Source: an uncultured Bacteroidaceae bacterium (GTDB taxonomy: Bacteria; CAIWAD01). Taken from it: DNA of 64,000 bases. The position numbers were made by a program, and so were the translations under genes. The notes beneath the pieces were generated by a model. That model was not told the origin of the DNA. It was given only the letters and a program-made list of their open reading frames with translations, and searched no databases. This document shows, one piece after another, positions 37,964 through 48,690 of the stretch. The stretch spans positions 50,214 to 114,213 of the forward strand of contig CAYFPS010000007.1 of the NCBI GenBank assembly GCA_964345075.1. Direction: 5' to 3'. Numbering within the stretch: the stretch's first letter is position 1; every line of letters begins with the position of its first letter.

Positions 37964-39787
37964 ATGATGCGGACACTCCGCGACAACACCAAGGTCATCC
38001 TCTGGATTCTGATCCTTGTCTTCGTGGCCACCATTGTTTTCAGCTGGGGTATGGGCGGTTTTGATACCGTATCCGGACCCACCGGCACGGTAGTGGCCAA
38101 CGTGGACGGCGAGGAGATCGATTTTCGCGAATACGAGCGGCTGGTCTCCAACCGCCTGCAGCAGACGGGCGACCGCGCAGACAATGCGCAGGTGCTGAAT
38201 GCGCGCAAGAACGGCTGGAACGATCTGGTCAATCTCGCGCTGGAGCGGCAGGCCTGTGCCGAGCTGGGCATCAACGCCAGTGACGGCGAAGTGGCTGACA
38301 TGATTCAGTACATGCCACCGGCAAGTGTCACCAGCGACACCACTTTTATGAGCAATGGCGTCTTTGATACGCTCAAGTGGCACGACATTCTGCGCAGCGA
38401 GAACCTTAAAGGTTATCTGCTGGCCATGGAAGCCCAGTATCGCCAGAGTCTGCCCTACCAGAAGCTGCGCAGCCGCATCAACAGTTTTGCGCTGGCTTCC
38501 GATGCGGACCTCGAAGAAGACTTCCTGGTGAAGAACCAGACGGCTCAGGGCCGTTACATGGTCTTCCCTTACAACACCTTTGATGTGGACTCGGCCAGTG
38601 TGACCGAGGCGGATCTGAAGGCCTGGTACGACAGCAAGCGCGACGATTTCAAGAGCGACGAAGAGCGCGAGATCGATTATGTGCAGTTTGAGGTCAAGCC
38701 TTCGGCCGAAGACACGCTGGACGCGCAGGACCAGATTGCCTACATCAAGCGCCAGCTGGATCGTGGCGAATCCTTTGAGGACATGGCCCGCACCTACTCC
38801 ACCGATGCATCCAACGCGGATCGCGGTGGTGATCTTGGCTGGTTCGGCCCCGGTCGCATGGTGCCGGCTTTTGAAGAAGCTGCCTTTGCCGCTGAAATTG
38901 GCTCGATTGTCGGCCCCGTGGAAACCCGCTTCGGCCTGCACCTGATCAAGGTCAATGATCACGAGGAGCGCGACAAGGGCGATGGCGAAAAGGAAGAGCA
39001 GGTTTCGGCCCAGCACATCCTGATCAAGTACGAAGCCAGCTCGATGACTCACAGCGATCTGCGCGCCAAGGCTGATGCGCTTTACGAGGATGCCCAGAAC
39101 GGTAATTTCGAAGTGCTTTGTGCCGAGCGCGGTTTCGAGATCAAGGAGGGCCGTCCCTTTGCCAAGGGTGGAAACGTCCCGGGTGTGGGTCGTAGCGCAC
39201 GCGCTTCGGATCTTGTCTATGCTGCGCAGGAAGGCAGCGTGATCAGCCCCGTATACGACGCCCGTGGTGGCTGGTTCGTGATGCGACTGAAGAAGGTCAT
39301 GCCTGAAGGTCTGAAGCCCCTGAGCGAAGTCCGCGATCGAGTCTACGGCGAGGTCTACAAGCAGAAGCAGCAGGACAAGGCTCTGGCCGCCGCCGAAGCC
39401 TGGCTCGCCGCCAACCCCGTGGCCAGTCTGGACAGCAGCCTTGCCGCCAGCAAGATCGAGTTCGGACAACTGGCCGAGCCCATCAAGATCAACCAGTTCA
39501 TTCGTGGCTCAATCGGCCGCGATCTGGCCTTCTCCACCAGTCTCTTCACGCAGCCTGTGGGCGAAATCGGCAAGCCCTTCGCCGGCGTACGCGGCGCTTA
39601 CATTGTTGAGTGCACGGCCCGTGACGATGCAGGCGAACTGCTGGCCTCACTGGAAAAGGACCTGCCCACACGCCGCTCCGATGCGATCAACACGCAGAGC
39701 AGTGGTGCTTATGGCAGCTGGTCTCGTTTTGCCAAGGACAAGGCCCTCATTGAGGACAACCGTGTCCGCTTCGGAATCGATTACTGA
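37964..39787 (+). CDS. ppiD: Periplasmic chaperone/peptidyl-prolyl isomerase PpiD (SurA-like, parvulin domain)
   Basis: N-terminal TM, parvulin region HILIKYEASS... Confidence 0.75.
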   Translation: MMRTLRDNTKVILWILILVFVATIVFSWGMGGFDTVSGPTGTVVANVDGEEIDFREYERLVSNRLQQTGDRADNAQVLNARKNGWNDLVNLALERQACAELGINASDGEVADMIQYMPPASVTSDTTFMSNGVFDTLKWHDILRSENLKGYLLAMEAQYRQSLPYQKLRSRINSFALASDADLEEDFLVKNQTAQGRYMVFPYNTFDVDSASVTEADLKAWYDSKRDDFKSDEEREIDYVQFEVKPSAEDTLDAQDQIAYIKRQLDRGESFEDMARTYSTDASNADRGGDLGWFGPGRMVPAFEEAAFAAEIGSIVGPVETRFGLHLIKVNDHEERDKGDGEKEEQVSAQHILIKYEASSMTHSDLRAKADALYEDAQNGNFEVLCAERGFEIKEGRPFAKGGNVPGVGRSARASDLVYAAQEGSVISPVYDARGGWFVMRLKKVMPEGLKPLSEVRDRVYGEVYKQKQQDKALAAAEAWLAANPVASLDSSLAASKIEFGQLAEPIKINQFIRGSIGRDLAFSTSLFTQPVGEIGKPFAGVRGAYIVECTARDDAGELLASLEKDLPTRRSDAINTQSSGAYGSWSRFAKDKALIEDNRVRFGIDY

Positions 39788-39810
39788 TTCCATTTGCAGC
39801 CAACAAGAAG

Positions 39811-39838
39811 GGTCCCGAACGATCGGGACGCTTTTTAT
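39811..39838. terminator. Intrinsic terminator after ppiD (GTCCCGAacgaTCGGGACgcttttta); overlaps the convergent M23 stop
   Basis: 7-bp stem, 4-nt loop, T-tract. Confidence 0.75.
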
Positions 39839-41055
39839 CTCTGCCAGAATAGCCGCCAGCGATCATCATAAGCATCTCGGCAATCGGCAGGCAGCGGCTC
39901 GGCGGGATCATTTTGAATACCCAGCGGATCGACGATCCTGCCCCGGTCGTGGAATTCGTAGTGAAGATGCGGGCCTGTAGCGCGGCCAGTAGCGCCAACA
40001 TAGCCGATCACCTGATTCTGTTCGACCTGCGAGCCCAGCTTGAGGCCTTTGGCAATACCGCTTAAATGGCCGTATACGGTGGTAAAGCGTTCATTGTGGC
40101 GGATTCTCAGGACACGGCCATAAAAGGGCTCGGTACCGGCTGTGGTGATAGTTCCGGCGGCCGGAGCAACAATGGGTGTTCCGGAAGGGGCGGCAAAATC
40201 CACACCGGGATGATTGCTGATTTTGCGTGTTACAGGATGTCGGCGTGATCCAAACCGCGAGGATATGCGGCGGTAGTTCAGCGGGCTTTTCAGAAAGGTC
40301 TTCTGAAAGCTGCTGCCGGTTTCATCAAAATAACCGCGTGTATCACAGCCTTCAAACCAGCAGGCGCGCAGGGTATCGCTGGCGCTGATGTAGCTGGCCG
40401 CCAGAATACGTCCTTCCTCGACAATGGTTGAGTCCAGCCAGCGACCCGTGTAGTGCTTCTCTTCCATGACCAGACGAAAGCGGTCACCACTGCGAGGTTC
40501 AATAAAGAAGTCGATATCCCACTGAAAGATGTCTGTAAAGGCCAGTACGGCTGCAGGGTCGCCACCGGCTTCAAGCATGGCCTCGTAGAGGCTGCCGTCA
40601 ATCCTGCCATTGATCACGCGCCAGGCCAGAGCGACATCCAGACTGTCTATGGCATGAGCCCAGTGTGGATCCGCCAGCTGTTGGCTCCTCTCAGTCTGGC
40701 TGGGAAGATTCACACGGACTCGCTTCCAGTCGTTGATCCAGCAGGCAAAGGCCAGCTGACCTGTATCACGATGAGCCAGCAGGCCCACACTTTGTCCGGG
40801 TCGAATGCGGCGATGATCGTGCACCAGATCAAATTCCCGAACCAGACCGGCCAGCATCTCCCGCTCGAGACCAAGTGCCAGCATCAGGCTCTCGATTGTA
40901 TCACCGCTGCGAATCTGCTGACGTTTAAGAATGGTCCATTCCGGATGCCGTGCGTCGGCCAGCGATGGTGTTGGGTCGGTGGGTGCAGGATCACTTTCAG
41001 GTGTCTGCCCGCAGGAAAGCGCAAGCAGTAGCAGGGAAAGCAGCAGGCCTCTCAC
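39835..41055 (-). CDS. M23 family metallopeptidase (peptidoglycan DD-endopeptidase-like)
   Basis: HPGVDFAAPSGTPI...GPHLHYEF. Confidence 0.85.
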   Translation of the reverse strand: MRGLLLSLLLLALSCGQTPESDPAPTDPTPSLADARHPEWTILKRQQIRSGDTIESLMLALGLEREMLAGLVREFDLVHDHRRIRPGQSVGLLAHRDTGQLAFACWINDWKRVRVNLPSQTERSQQLADPHWAHAIDSLDVALAWRVINGRIDGSLYEAMLEAGGDPAAVLAFTDIFQWDIDFFIEPRSGDRFRLVMEEKHYTGRWLDSTIVEEGRILAASYISASDTLRACWFEGCDTRGYFDETGSSFQKTFLKSPLNYRRISSRFGSRRHPVTRKISNHPGVDFAAPSGTPIVAPAAGTITTAGTEPFYGRVLRIRHNERFTTVYGHLSGIAKGLKLGSQVEQNQVIGYVGATGRATGPHLHYEFHDRGRIVDPLGIQNDPAEPLPADCRDAYDDRWRLFWQR

Positions 41056-42209
41056 GCGCGGGCCTCCTTCAATGCAAAGATCCTTTCAAAGGCATCGATG
41101 CGGTTTTCCCAGCCATGGTCGCGGGCTGCGTCCAGCGCGGCCTGACGGCCAATCGAATTACGCAGTCCGGCATCCCTGGCCAGCTGAATGATTGCGGCCT
41201 CAAGACCCGCTGTGCCCTGATAGAGCATGGCATTTTCCTGATGTCGCATGACCTCGCGCACAGCGGGCGTGTCCTCTACCAGAATGGCCGCACCCATGGC
41301 CATGTATTCAAAGACTTTCATCGGAAAACCAATATCCGACCAGTCGTCGGAGTAGCTGATGTCACCGTAGCCGATCCAGGCCGGCAGCTCGGCGTGTGGC
41401 ACAAAGCCTGCAAAATGGACACGATCCTCCAGGCCCAGTTCGCGGGTCCTCGCCTGATAGAAATCATGAAAGGGCCCGTCGCCCACAATCAGCAGCCTGA
41501 GCCCGGGCAGCTCCTTCATCAGTGCGGGAAGCACGTGATACAAATCATCCAGACGACGATTGGAGATCTTTCCCACAAAAAGCAGATCGATCGTATTCGA
41601 TTCCTTTGCGGGAAGTCTGGCTGGCGGAACCTCACCACTGAATTCGGCGGCATCACGGATTACGGAAACAGGCCTGTTCGTCCACTTCTCCAGCAATTCG
41701 CGATGCGCGTCATTGACGGTTGTCACACAGCTGGCAGACCAGAGCGTCAGGTGTTCCAGCAGGCCATACATGGGGGCGAGCAGATAATGCCTGAGCAGGC
41801 TGCTGTTGTTCTTGCGCACCTGGTAATAGTGGATGCCCATCACATCGTAGACAATGTGTTCAGCCGAATAAAGAATCCGGAGCAGGGCCGTTCCAAAGGC
41901 AACAAAGAGCTCGTCCACAAACCAGGCATCAGGCTTCAGCTCGCGCCGCGCTTTCAGCATCACGGGCAGTAGCAAGAGCGCGAAAAAGAGCATGTCCAGG
42001 CTTTTGATCCCGCTGCCGGGCGTGGGAACCAGCAATTGCCGGACTCCGCGAAAGCTGCGCTCAGCAAAGGCAAAACGGTCGTTGGGTCCGATCGTAATCA
42101 GTTGGTGTCCCCGGTCGCGCAGGCGGTCGTGGATCACAACCCAGCGCAGAATAGCGGCAGGGATTTTCGCTTCATCCACCGGATGCTGCTGAACCATGCA
42201 GATCTTCAT
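41052..42209 (-). CDS. Glycosyltransferase family 4
   Basis: GT-B fold, EX7E-like C-terminal region. Confidence 0.7.
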   Translation of the reverse strand: MKICMVQQHPVDEAKIPAAILRWVVIHDRLRDRGHQLITIGPNDRFAFAERSFRGVRQLLVPTPGSGIKSLDMLFFALLLLPVMLKARRELKPDAWFVDELFVAFGTALLRILYSAEHIVYDVMGIHYYQVRKNNSSLLRHYLLAPMYGLLEHLTLWSASCVTTVNDAHRELLEKWTNRPVSVIRDAAEFSGEVPPARLPAKESNTIDLLFVGKISNRRLDDLYHVLPALMKELPGLRLLIVGDGPFHDFYQARTRELGLEDRVHFAGFVPHAELPAWIGYGDISYSDDWSDIGFPMKVFEYMAMGAAILVEDTPAVREVMRHQENAMLYQGTAGLEAAIIQLARDAGLRNSIGRQAALDAARDHGWENRIDAFERIFALKEARA

Positions 42210-43477
42210 TCCGCAAGCTTCTCCTTGATCAGGCTCGTGAAGACACTCTCGTAGCGCTCGGCAACAGCCTGCCAGTTGAGCTCCTTTTCAATCAAGGCCC
42301 TGCCGGCAAGGCCCCACGTCCTGAGGCGGGCCGGATCTGACAGAGCATGCTTGAGTGCAGCAGCCAGTGCCGAAGCATTTGCCGGTTCTACCAGCAAACC
42401 GGTTTGTTGATCCTTTACCGCCAGCGGAATGCCGGCGATTCTGCTGGCAATCACGGGCCGTGAGGCTGCCATGGCCTCCAGAATCACATTGGGCAGGCCA
42501 TCCACATTTCCCGCGCTGTCATGCACGCTCGGCATCAGGAAGAGATCACAGGCGGCCATGGCCGGGCCGATCTGGTCGCGAAGCAGTCTGCCGGCAAAGT
42601 GAACGCTTGCTTCGATCTTCAGTCGACTGACTTGCTGCTTCAGCTCGGCCTCAAGGTCACCTTCTCCGGCGATCACGAGCTTAAGTTCAGGGTGCTCCTC
42701 AAGAACCTTCGGCAGGGCATCCAGCAGAAAGTTGAAGCCTTTCTTGTAGACAAGTCGTCCCAGCACGAGCAGGAGCGGCCCCTCACCGCCTTTCAAGTAG
42801 TGATCACGAAAGGCTTCAACAGAAGCAGGATCAGGACTGGCTTCAAGCAGGTCGGGGTCGACCGCATAAGGAATCACGTGCGAGCGCTCACGATCCAGCC
42901 CAAGCTTGCAAATGCGATCACGCAGCTCGGGCGAGCAACTTGTCAGACGGCCAAGGCGGGCCAGAGCCAGTTTGCTCATCAGGTTGAAGGGAAAGCCCTT
43001 TTCAGCCACAAAAACATCACTGCCATGCAGGGTAGCCACCAGCGGAATGCCCGTCAGGCGTGATACATGTGAAGCCGTGAAGGCGTTGGGCAGAAACCAG
43101 TGCGCCTGAATCAGATCCGGCTTGAAGCGCCTGGCTTCCCGCCAGAGGGCAAAGAAACCGGCGACTATCAGCAGTGGCGCCAGGAGCAGCATGTGCGCCT
43201 TCAGGCGAATATCTGCCTTGATGGTTCGTGAATATCCCAGCTGATGCCATGAGGCAAAGGGCGCGTAGCGGAAGGTTCTGAGCCTGGCGCGAGTCCGGCC
43301 CTTTGTATCACGATCTGTCTCGAGCTCTTCGGGTGCATAGGCAGCGTCCCAGGCCGCCAGCACAAGCACATCGTGTCCGCGGTTGGCTAGCTCATCCATC
43401 AAAAAGCGGACAAAAGGCCCGTTTGTATCACCCGGATAACGCGGGTAGGTGTGGGTCAGCGCCAGAATGCGCATCAT
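42206..43477 (-). CDS. Glycosyltransferase family 4
   Basis: GT4 fold; 4-nt overlaps with neighbours. Confidence 0.7.
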   Translation of the reverse strand: MMRILALTHTYPRYPGDTNGPFVRFLMDELANRGHDVLVLAAWDAAYAPEELETDRDTKGRTRARLRTFRYAPFASWHQLGYSRTIKADIRLKAHMLLLAPLLIVAGFFALWREARRFKPDLIQAHWFLPNAFTASHVSRLTGIPLVATLHGSDVFVAEKGFPFNLMSKLALARLGRLTSCSPELRDRICKLGLDRERSHVIPYAVDPDLLEASPDPASVEAFRDHYLKGGEGPLLLVLGRLVYKKGFNFLLDALPKVLEEHPELKLVIAGEGDLEAELKQQVSRLKIEASVHFAGRLLRDQIGPAMAACDLFLMPSVHDSAGNVDGLPNVILEAMAASRPVIASRIAGIPLAVKDQQTGLLVEPANASALAAALKHALSDPARLRTWGLAGRALIEKELNWQAVAERYESVFTSLIKEKLAE

Positions 43478-43893
43478 TCTCCAATGATCTTGATCAGGAC
43501 CCGCTTGGGGCGGTTACCATCGAATTCACCGTAGAAGATCTGCTCCCAGGGACCGAAGTCCAGTCGTCCGCCCGATACAGCCACGACGACCTCGCGACCC
43601 ATGACCTGCCGCTTGAGATGTGCATCACCGTTGTCTTCTCCGGTCAGATTATGGCGATAACGTGATACAGGTTCGTGGGGGGCCAGCTCTTCCAGCCAGC
43701 GCTCGTAATCCGCATGAAGCCCACCCTCATCGTCATTGATGAAGACGCTGGCGGTAATGTGCATGGCATTCACCAACAGCAGGCCTTCACGAATTCCGCT
43801 CTCAGCCAGCGCCTGCTGCACATCGGGCGTAATATTGACGAAGGCACGCCGGCTTGGCACCTTCAGAAGCAGTTCCCTGCGATGGTGCTTCAC
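43474..43893 (-). CDS. yjbQ: YjbQ/UPF0047 family protein (secondary thiamine-phosphate synthase-like)
   Basis: [11 protein letters not shown]...[15 protein letters not shown]... Start trimmed to a GTG that overlaps the phosphatase stop (GTGA). Track ORF 43474..44037. Confidence 0.65.
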   Translation of the reverse strand: MKHHRRELLLKVPSRRAFVNITPDVQQALAESGIREGLLLVNAMHITASVFINDDEGGLHADYERWLEELAPHEPVSRYRHNLTGEDNGDAHLKRQVMGREVVVAVSGGRLDFGPWEQIFYGEFDGNRPKRVLIKIIGE

Positions 43894-44675
43894 TTTGCCT
43901 CCGGACTCCACGCATTCAGAGCGGCCTTGCGCAGGGCTTCCTTTTCTTCCGCGCTGCGCGACCAGTTGTGATCGTAGGTCGCGGCTTCCCAGTCTCCATA
44001 CATGGGGTTCGGCAGCATAATGAAGCGCTTGCCCCACTCCCCGGCCAGTTGACTCACGGCATTGTTCCGCTCTGCGCAGCTCTTCTTGTCAAAGAGATCG
44101 CTGAAGTCACTCAGGTTGTCACCCATAAAAAGCAGAATATCGTGGCTGGCCAGAACCTGCTGACGGCGTGGTTCCTTGCCCGAATCCTTGTCGCGCAACA
44201 GTACATGCTGCCTGTCGGCATCGGGAAATCCAGCCGCGATCAGGTTGTCGATGGTGGCCTCCAGCACATTCAATTTGCGGTTCGAGATGTAATACACATC
44301 CACTCCACGTCCGGCAGCCCAGTTGAGAAATTCATGCGCTCCGGGAAGGGCCCGTGCACTGCGCGCCTCGCACCATTCCTTCCAGCTGTCGGGATAAGCC
44401 GTGTCGTTGACAATGATGTAAGCCTGATAGGGGCTGTTGTCCAGCACGGTTTCGTCAATGTCCACCACGAGGGCCGGGGGTCGTGCATCGGGGCGCTTAA
44501 GGGCGAGTGCCGCATCCAGTTGCAGGCGTGCCAGTTCAAAGGCCTGCAAACGCAGCGCATGACTTTCAGCGGATTTCTGTGTCCAGAGCACGGCGCTCTG
44601 CGAATAGTCCATGGGTGCGGCCTGACTGCTCAGCGATAGCAGCAGCAGAATGATGACAGGCTTAAGCAATTTCAT
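43890..44675 (-). CDS. Class B acid phosphatase / 5'-nucleotidase lipoprotein e(P4) family
   Basis: [12 protein letters not shown] and YISNR motifs; signal peptide [17 protein letters not shown]. Start trimmed. Track ORF 43890..44861. Confidence 0.75.
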   Translation of the reverse strand: MKLLKPVIILLLLSLSSQAAPMDYSQSAVLWTQKSAESHALRLQAFELARLQLDAALALKRPDARPPALVVDIDETVLDNSPYQAYIIVNDTAYPDSWKEWCEARSARALPGAHEFLNWAAGRGVDVYYISNRKLNVLEATIDNLIAAGFPDADRQHVLLRDKDSGKEPRRQQVLASHDILLFMGDNLSDFSDLFDKKSCAERNNAVSQLAGEWGKRFIMLPNPMYGDWEAATYDHNWSRSAEEKEALRKAALNAWSPEAK

Positions 44676-45793
44676 TCCCGATTCTCCATGCTTGCTCGTC
44701 CGGAACCTGCCAGCGCCGCGCCCTTGATCAGGGCAAGCAGCTTCAGGCCCGGTTGAATGTTCATTTCCCTTGCACTTGACTGATTGATTCTTGCCAGCAA
44801 AGGCAGCCCGGGAGCAAGTTCCAGCTGCACCAGAACATGTCCCATTTCCCGTGACACACAATCAAGCACCGTCACGGGCAGTCGATTCAGGATCGAACAG
44901 GGGCCGGGATCCCGCAAACTCAGGCTGATATCCCGGGCCTGCAATCGCAGACGAAAGCGTCCTGTATGCGGCGCGCGCTCTCCGGCCATGATGACACTGA
45001 CTGGCTGTGACGCTTCGTTTGATCCCGCCACTGCCAGCAGACTGACCTTAAGCAGACCCTCTTCCAGAGCTGACTCCAGACGCGCATCAAAGACAATGCC
45101 TGTATCACGCCTGTGTGCAAAGGGCCCATCAAGGCGGGCACTCCACTCGCCCGGTGATGCCGGTTCAAGCGTATGGCCCGCTTCCATTGGAATAATCTCG
45201 TCGGCCAGCTGATCGGCCTCATCCAGACTGTGTGTCACATGAATCACCAGTGAATCAGCCGCAACACGACGTATCACAGGTATCAGCAGTTGGCGACTGG
45301 CTTCATCGAGCGAGGCCAGTGGTTCATCCAGCAGAATCAGTTCCGGATTGGACAGGAGCGCCCGTCCAAGCGCAACCCGCTGGGCTTCTCCACCGCTCAG
45401 GCCGTATACGGGGCGATCAAGCAGCGCACTCAGCTGCAATTCCTCAAGCAGCCGATCATACAAGGCAGGATCCACGCCACCCCGCCGCCGGGCGCCAAAG
45501 ACAAGATTGCTTTCCACACTCAGGTGCTCAAACAGGCGCGACCCCTGCATGACCAGTCCGACCCGCCGCATGTTGGCCGGCAGATTGCAGCCATCATCCA
45601 GCCAGATCTCGTGATTCATTTCAATCCTGCCACGGACAGCAGGCTCCAATCCGGCCAGCGACCTAAGCAAGGTGCTTTTCCCGGAGCCAGAGGGCCCAAA
45701 GAGCACGCGCAGACCGGTGCCTTCAGTAGCAAGCCGCGCCCTCAGGGCAAAGCCCGGCCTTTCCAGCGAAAGCTGCGCGCTAAGGCCTGTCAC
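44672..45793 (-). CDS. modC: Molybdate ABC transporter ATP-binding protein with TOBE domain
   Basis: Walker A GPSGSGKST; LSGGE; C-terminal TOBE. Confidence 0.85.
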   Translation of the reverse strand: MTGLSAQLSLERPGFALRARLATEGTGLRVLFGPSGSGKSTLLRSLAGLEPAVRGRIEMNHEIWLDDGCNLPANMRRVGLVMQGSRLFEHLSVESNLVFGARRRGGVDPALYDRLLEELQLSALLDRPVYGLSGGEAQRVALGRALLSNPELILLDEPLASLDEASRQLLIPVIRRVAADSLVIHVTHSLDEADQLADEIIPMEAGHTLEPASPGEWSARLDGPFAHRRDTGIVFDARLESALEEGLLKVSLLAVAGSNEASQPVSVIMAGERAPHTGRFRLRLQARDISLSLRDPGPCSILNRLPVTVLDCVSREMGHVLVQLELAPGLPLLARINQSSAREMNIQPGLKLLALIKGAALAGSGRASMENRE

Positions 45794-46476
45794 GACTGCG
45801 CCTCCCGCCTCGACTCACGATGAGAGCGCCCGTAAACAAGCAGTAGAACCAGCAGGCTGAAGGCCAGCAGCATGCCGCTTAGCAGATGCGCGGTTCCGTA
45901 ATTCATCAATTCCACGTGTTGAAAAATGGCGATGGACAGTACGCGCGTTTCGCCCGGAATATTGCCACCGATCATCAGGACAACGCCGAATTCACCCAGG
46001 GTATGTGCAAATCCAAGGATGCCTGCCCTGAGCAGTCCTGGTCTGGCCAGCGGCAGGCCCACATGCAGCAGGCGATCCACTGGACCGGCGCCCAGGCTGG
46101 CAGCCATCTCATCAATCTGGCGAGGCTGGCTGCGAAAGGCCGTAATCAGCGGCTGTACGACAAAGGGCAGTGAATAGAACAGACTGCCAATGACCAGACC
46201 GGAAAAATGAAATGACGGGCTATGGCCCAGCAGGTCCCAGAAGGAAGCGAGTGGGCCAGCTCCCCCCAGTAGCAGAAGCAGATAGAAACCAATGACCGTG
46301 GGCGGAAGCACCAGCGGCAGTGCCACCAGAGCCTCAATCGGGCCGGTCAGACGGCTCCTGCCCCTGGCAAGCCACCAGGCCAGCGGTATACCCGCAAGCA
46401 GCAGCAGAAGGGTGGAGACAAGGGCCAGCCGCATGCTGAGCCATAGAGGTGGCAGGGCCTGCATGACTTCGCTCAA
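45790..46476 (-). CDS. modB: Molybdate ABC transporter permease
   Basis: EAA-like loop; 5-6 TM. Confidence 0.85.
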   Translation of the reverse strand: MSEVMQALPPLWLSMRLALVSTLLLLLAGIPLAWWLARGRSRLTGPIEALVALPLVLPPTVIGFYLLLLLGGAGPLASFWDLLGHSPSFHFSGLVIGSLFYSLPFVVQPLITAFRSQPRQIDEMAASLGAGPVDRLLHVGLPLARPGLLRAGILGFAHTLGEFGVVLMIGGNIPGETRVLSIAIFQHVELMNYGTAHLLSGMLLAFSLLVLLLVYGRSHRESRREAQS

Positions 46477-47210
46477 GGCGCAAGCTCCCGGCCCGGCACA
46501 TAGCCATCTTCCCTGATGATCTTCAAGGCTGTTTCGTCTTCCAGCATCCAGTGCCAGAATGCTTTTAGCTCTGCGCTATCAGAGAGGCGCAGGGCGGCCT
46601 GCACAATGGGCTCCTCAAGCTCAGCTGGCAGCTCCTGAATGGACCCACCGCCCTCACGTGCAGCCTGGGCCTGACTGGCAGCAATCAGCGCGCCGTCCAG
46701 ACCACCCAGCTGCGCGAGCTGCAGAGTCTGCGAAATGTTCTCACCCCGCACCAGGCCCGGCAGCTGCAAGTCCCAGACATTCAGCTCTTCCAGCAGGCGG
46801 CGGGCAGCCGCACCATACGGGGCCGTTTGCGGATTGGCAATGGCCAGCCGCCTGGGAGTTTCCAGAAACTGGCGGAGTGATTCGGGCTCTGCGGCAGCCT
46901 GCCAGCAAAGAAGCTTGCCGCCTGCATAGACGGCCACTTCGCTCCCAAAGCCCTCCTGCAGCAGCTTGCGCGGGCGAAGGCTGTCGGCGGCCAACAGCAA
47001 ATCGAAAGGCGCGCCCTGCCGAATCTGGGCCGCGAGCGCGCCGGTGGATGCCGTAATCAGCTCCAGCCTGATTTCCGGGTGATCCTGCTGGTAGCGTGAT
47101 ACAAGTTCCCGGGCCGTGGCGTGGAAGTTGGCGGCCACTGCCAGCCGCAGGTCCTGCTGCCTGGTGGAGCAGCCGAGAGCAAAAAGCAGCAGGAGCAGAA
47201 TGGTCCTCAT
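46473..47210 (-). CDS. modA: Molybdate-binding periplasmic protein
   Basis: MRTILLLLLFALGCS...LRLAVAANF... Confidence 0.85.
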   Translation of the reverse strand: MRTILLLLLFALGCSTRQQDLRLAVAANFHATARELVSRYQQDHPEIRLELITASTGALAAQIRQGAPFDLLLAADSLRPRKLLQEGFGSEVAVYAGGKLLCWQAAAEPESLRQFLETPRRLAIANPQTAPYGAAARRLLEELNVWDLQLPGLVRGENISQTLQLAQLGGLDGALIAASQAQAAREGGGSIQELPAELEEPIVQAALRLSDSAELKAFWHWMLEDETALKIIREDGYVPGRELAP

Positions 47211-47899
47211 GCTTCAAGCTCCCGAAAAGCCTGACGGGCTTCGGCAAGGAACGCTCGCAGCAGGGCCGGGGCCTTGGCACCCTCAGCATCTTCCACTCCC
47301 GTGTGAGCATCCACTGCCAGTGGCCTGACAGATCGAATTGCCTCCGCCACATTCCCGGGCTTCAGACCACCGGCCAGAATCAGCGGCGCTTTGGCACTTT
47401 CGGCAAGCAGCCTGCTCGCATTCCAGTCGTGACACAAACCCGTCGCGCCACGCGCTCCACTGGCGGGATCAAGCGTATCGGTGATCCATGCATCCACAAG
47501 GCCATGGCGTTCTGCGACAAGTGCCAGGTGCTCGGCCTGACTGCATTCGCCAATGACCAGCGCCTGTATCACACCCAGTTCCGGCGTGGCTCGGCGCAGC
47601 TCTTCAAGTTCTTCCAGAGCCATGCCGCCATGCAGCTGCACCCAGGCGCAACCAAGGCTTTTGCTCAGTTCGACAACATCGCCGGCCTGCTGCAGATAGG
47701 TGATGAGGACGGATTGTGAGCCAATTCCCAGCTGGCGAATGATCCAGGCAGCTTCATCCTCATGCAGATCCGGGCTGTGCACATCCAGTCTGAAGGGCCA
47801 GCCGAAATAATCGACTCCCGCATCCAGCAGCAGGCGCGCCTCTTCGAGTGAGGCGACGCCCGCAATTTGCACGCTATGCTTTTTTAAAACCGGTCTCAC
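47207..47899 (-). CDS. Phosphoribosylanthranilate isomerase-like (TrpF family)
   Basis: VQIAGV...DAGVDYFGW and C-terminal LILAGGLKPGNVAEAIRSVRPLAVDAHTGVE. No other trp genes nearby. Confidence 0.55.
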   Translation of the reverse strand: MRPVLKKHSVQIAGVASLEEARLLLDAGVDYFGWPFRLDVHSPDLHEDEAAWIIRQLGIGSQSVLITYLQQAGDVVELSKSLGCAWVQLHGGMALEELEELRRATPELGVIQALVIGECSQAEHLALVAERHGLVDAWITDTLDPASGARGATGLCHDWNASRLLAESAKAPLILAGGLKPGNVAEAIRSVRPLAVDAHTGVEDAEGAKAPALLRAFLAEARQAFRELEA

Positions 47900-48690
47900 A
47901 GCACAAAGAGCAGGCTGGCAAGAACTTCGCGTACACTTTCGCTTTCAAGCCTGACTCGATAGGCATCCAGCTGGGTGGCACCCGGAAAGAAGCCGGCACG
48001 CGTTGCCTGCGCGGTCTCACGAAAACGCAGATCCAGCTGGTAATGAGCCTCCCGGGGCGCGGGTGCTGGCAGATGAGCAAGGTCCAAGGCAGCCACTGCG
48101 GCCGCAATCTCTTCGCGGACTTCCTGCGGATGCTTAAGCTCTACGCGGTGGCCGAAGGCCCGCTGTGTGACAACCGTGGAGATGCCAGGGATCCATTCGG
48201 CGGCTTCTTCACAGATCCCTGCATCGCCTGCCACAAAAAGCAGAGGAATGCCCATTTCCGATGCAGCCAGGCCGTGCAGACGCATTTCCGAGGCCGGCTT
48301 GCCATTCAGGCGCGCGTCCACAAGCTGCGTGCTCATGCTGTGAGCGAGCGGGCTGCCACCTTCCCCGGCGCTGGAATGATAGCCCAGCATCAGGAGGCCG
48401 GCTGTGTCTTCTTCAATGCCGGCAATCATGCAAAGTGGCTCAGGCGCCCAGCCACGAATCAGGCGACAACCTCTGGGGAGGCCTTCCGGATCCAGATTGC
48501 GTGCCGTGTCGTGCGCATCACGCACCATGACTTCACGCGCTCCCTTTTTCAGGAGTGCAGATGCAAGCAGGCTTGTATCACGGTTCATGCGTTCGCGCAG
48601 CAGGTCGTAGCCCGGCTTGCCAACGCTGACTTGATCCCAGTGCTGGGCGCCCGTGATCCCTTCCATATCCACGCTGATGAAGAATTTCAT
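47896..48690 (-). CDS. M55 family metallopeptidase (D-aminopeptidase DppA-like)
   Basis: MKFFISVDMEGITGA. Confidence 0.8.
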   Translation of the reverse strand: MKFFISVDMEGITGAQHWDQVSVGKPGYDLLRERMNRDTSLLASALLKKGAREVMVRDAHDTARNLDPEGLPRGCRLIRGWAPEPLCMIAGIEEDTAGLLMLGYHSSAGEGGSPLAHSMSTQLVDARLNGKPASEMRLHGLAASEMGIPLLFVAGDAGICEEAAEWIPGISTVVTQRAFGHRVELKHPQEVREEIAAAVAALDLAHLPAPAPREAHYQLDLRFRETAQATRAGFFPGATQLDAYRVRLESESVREVLASLLFVL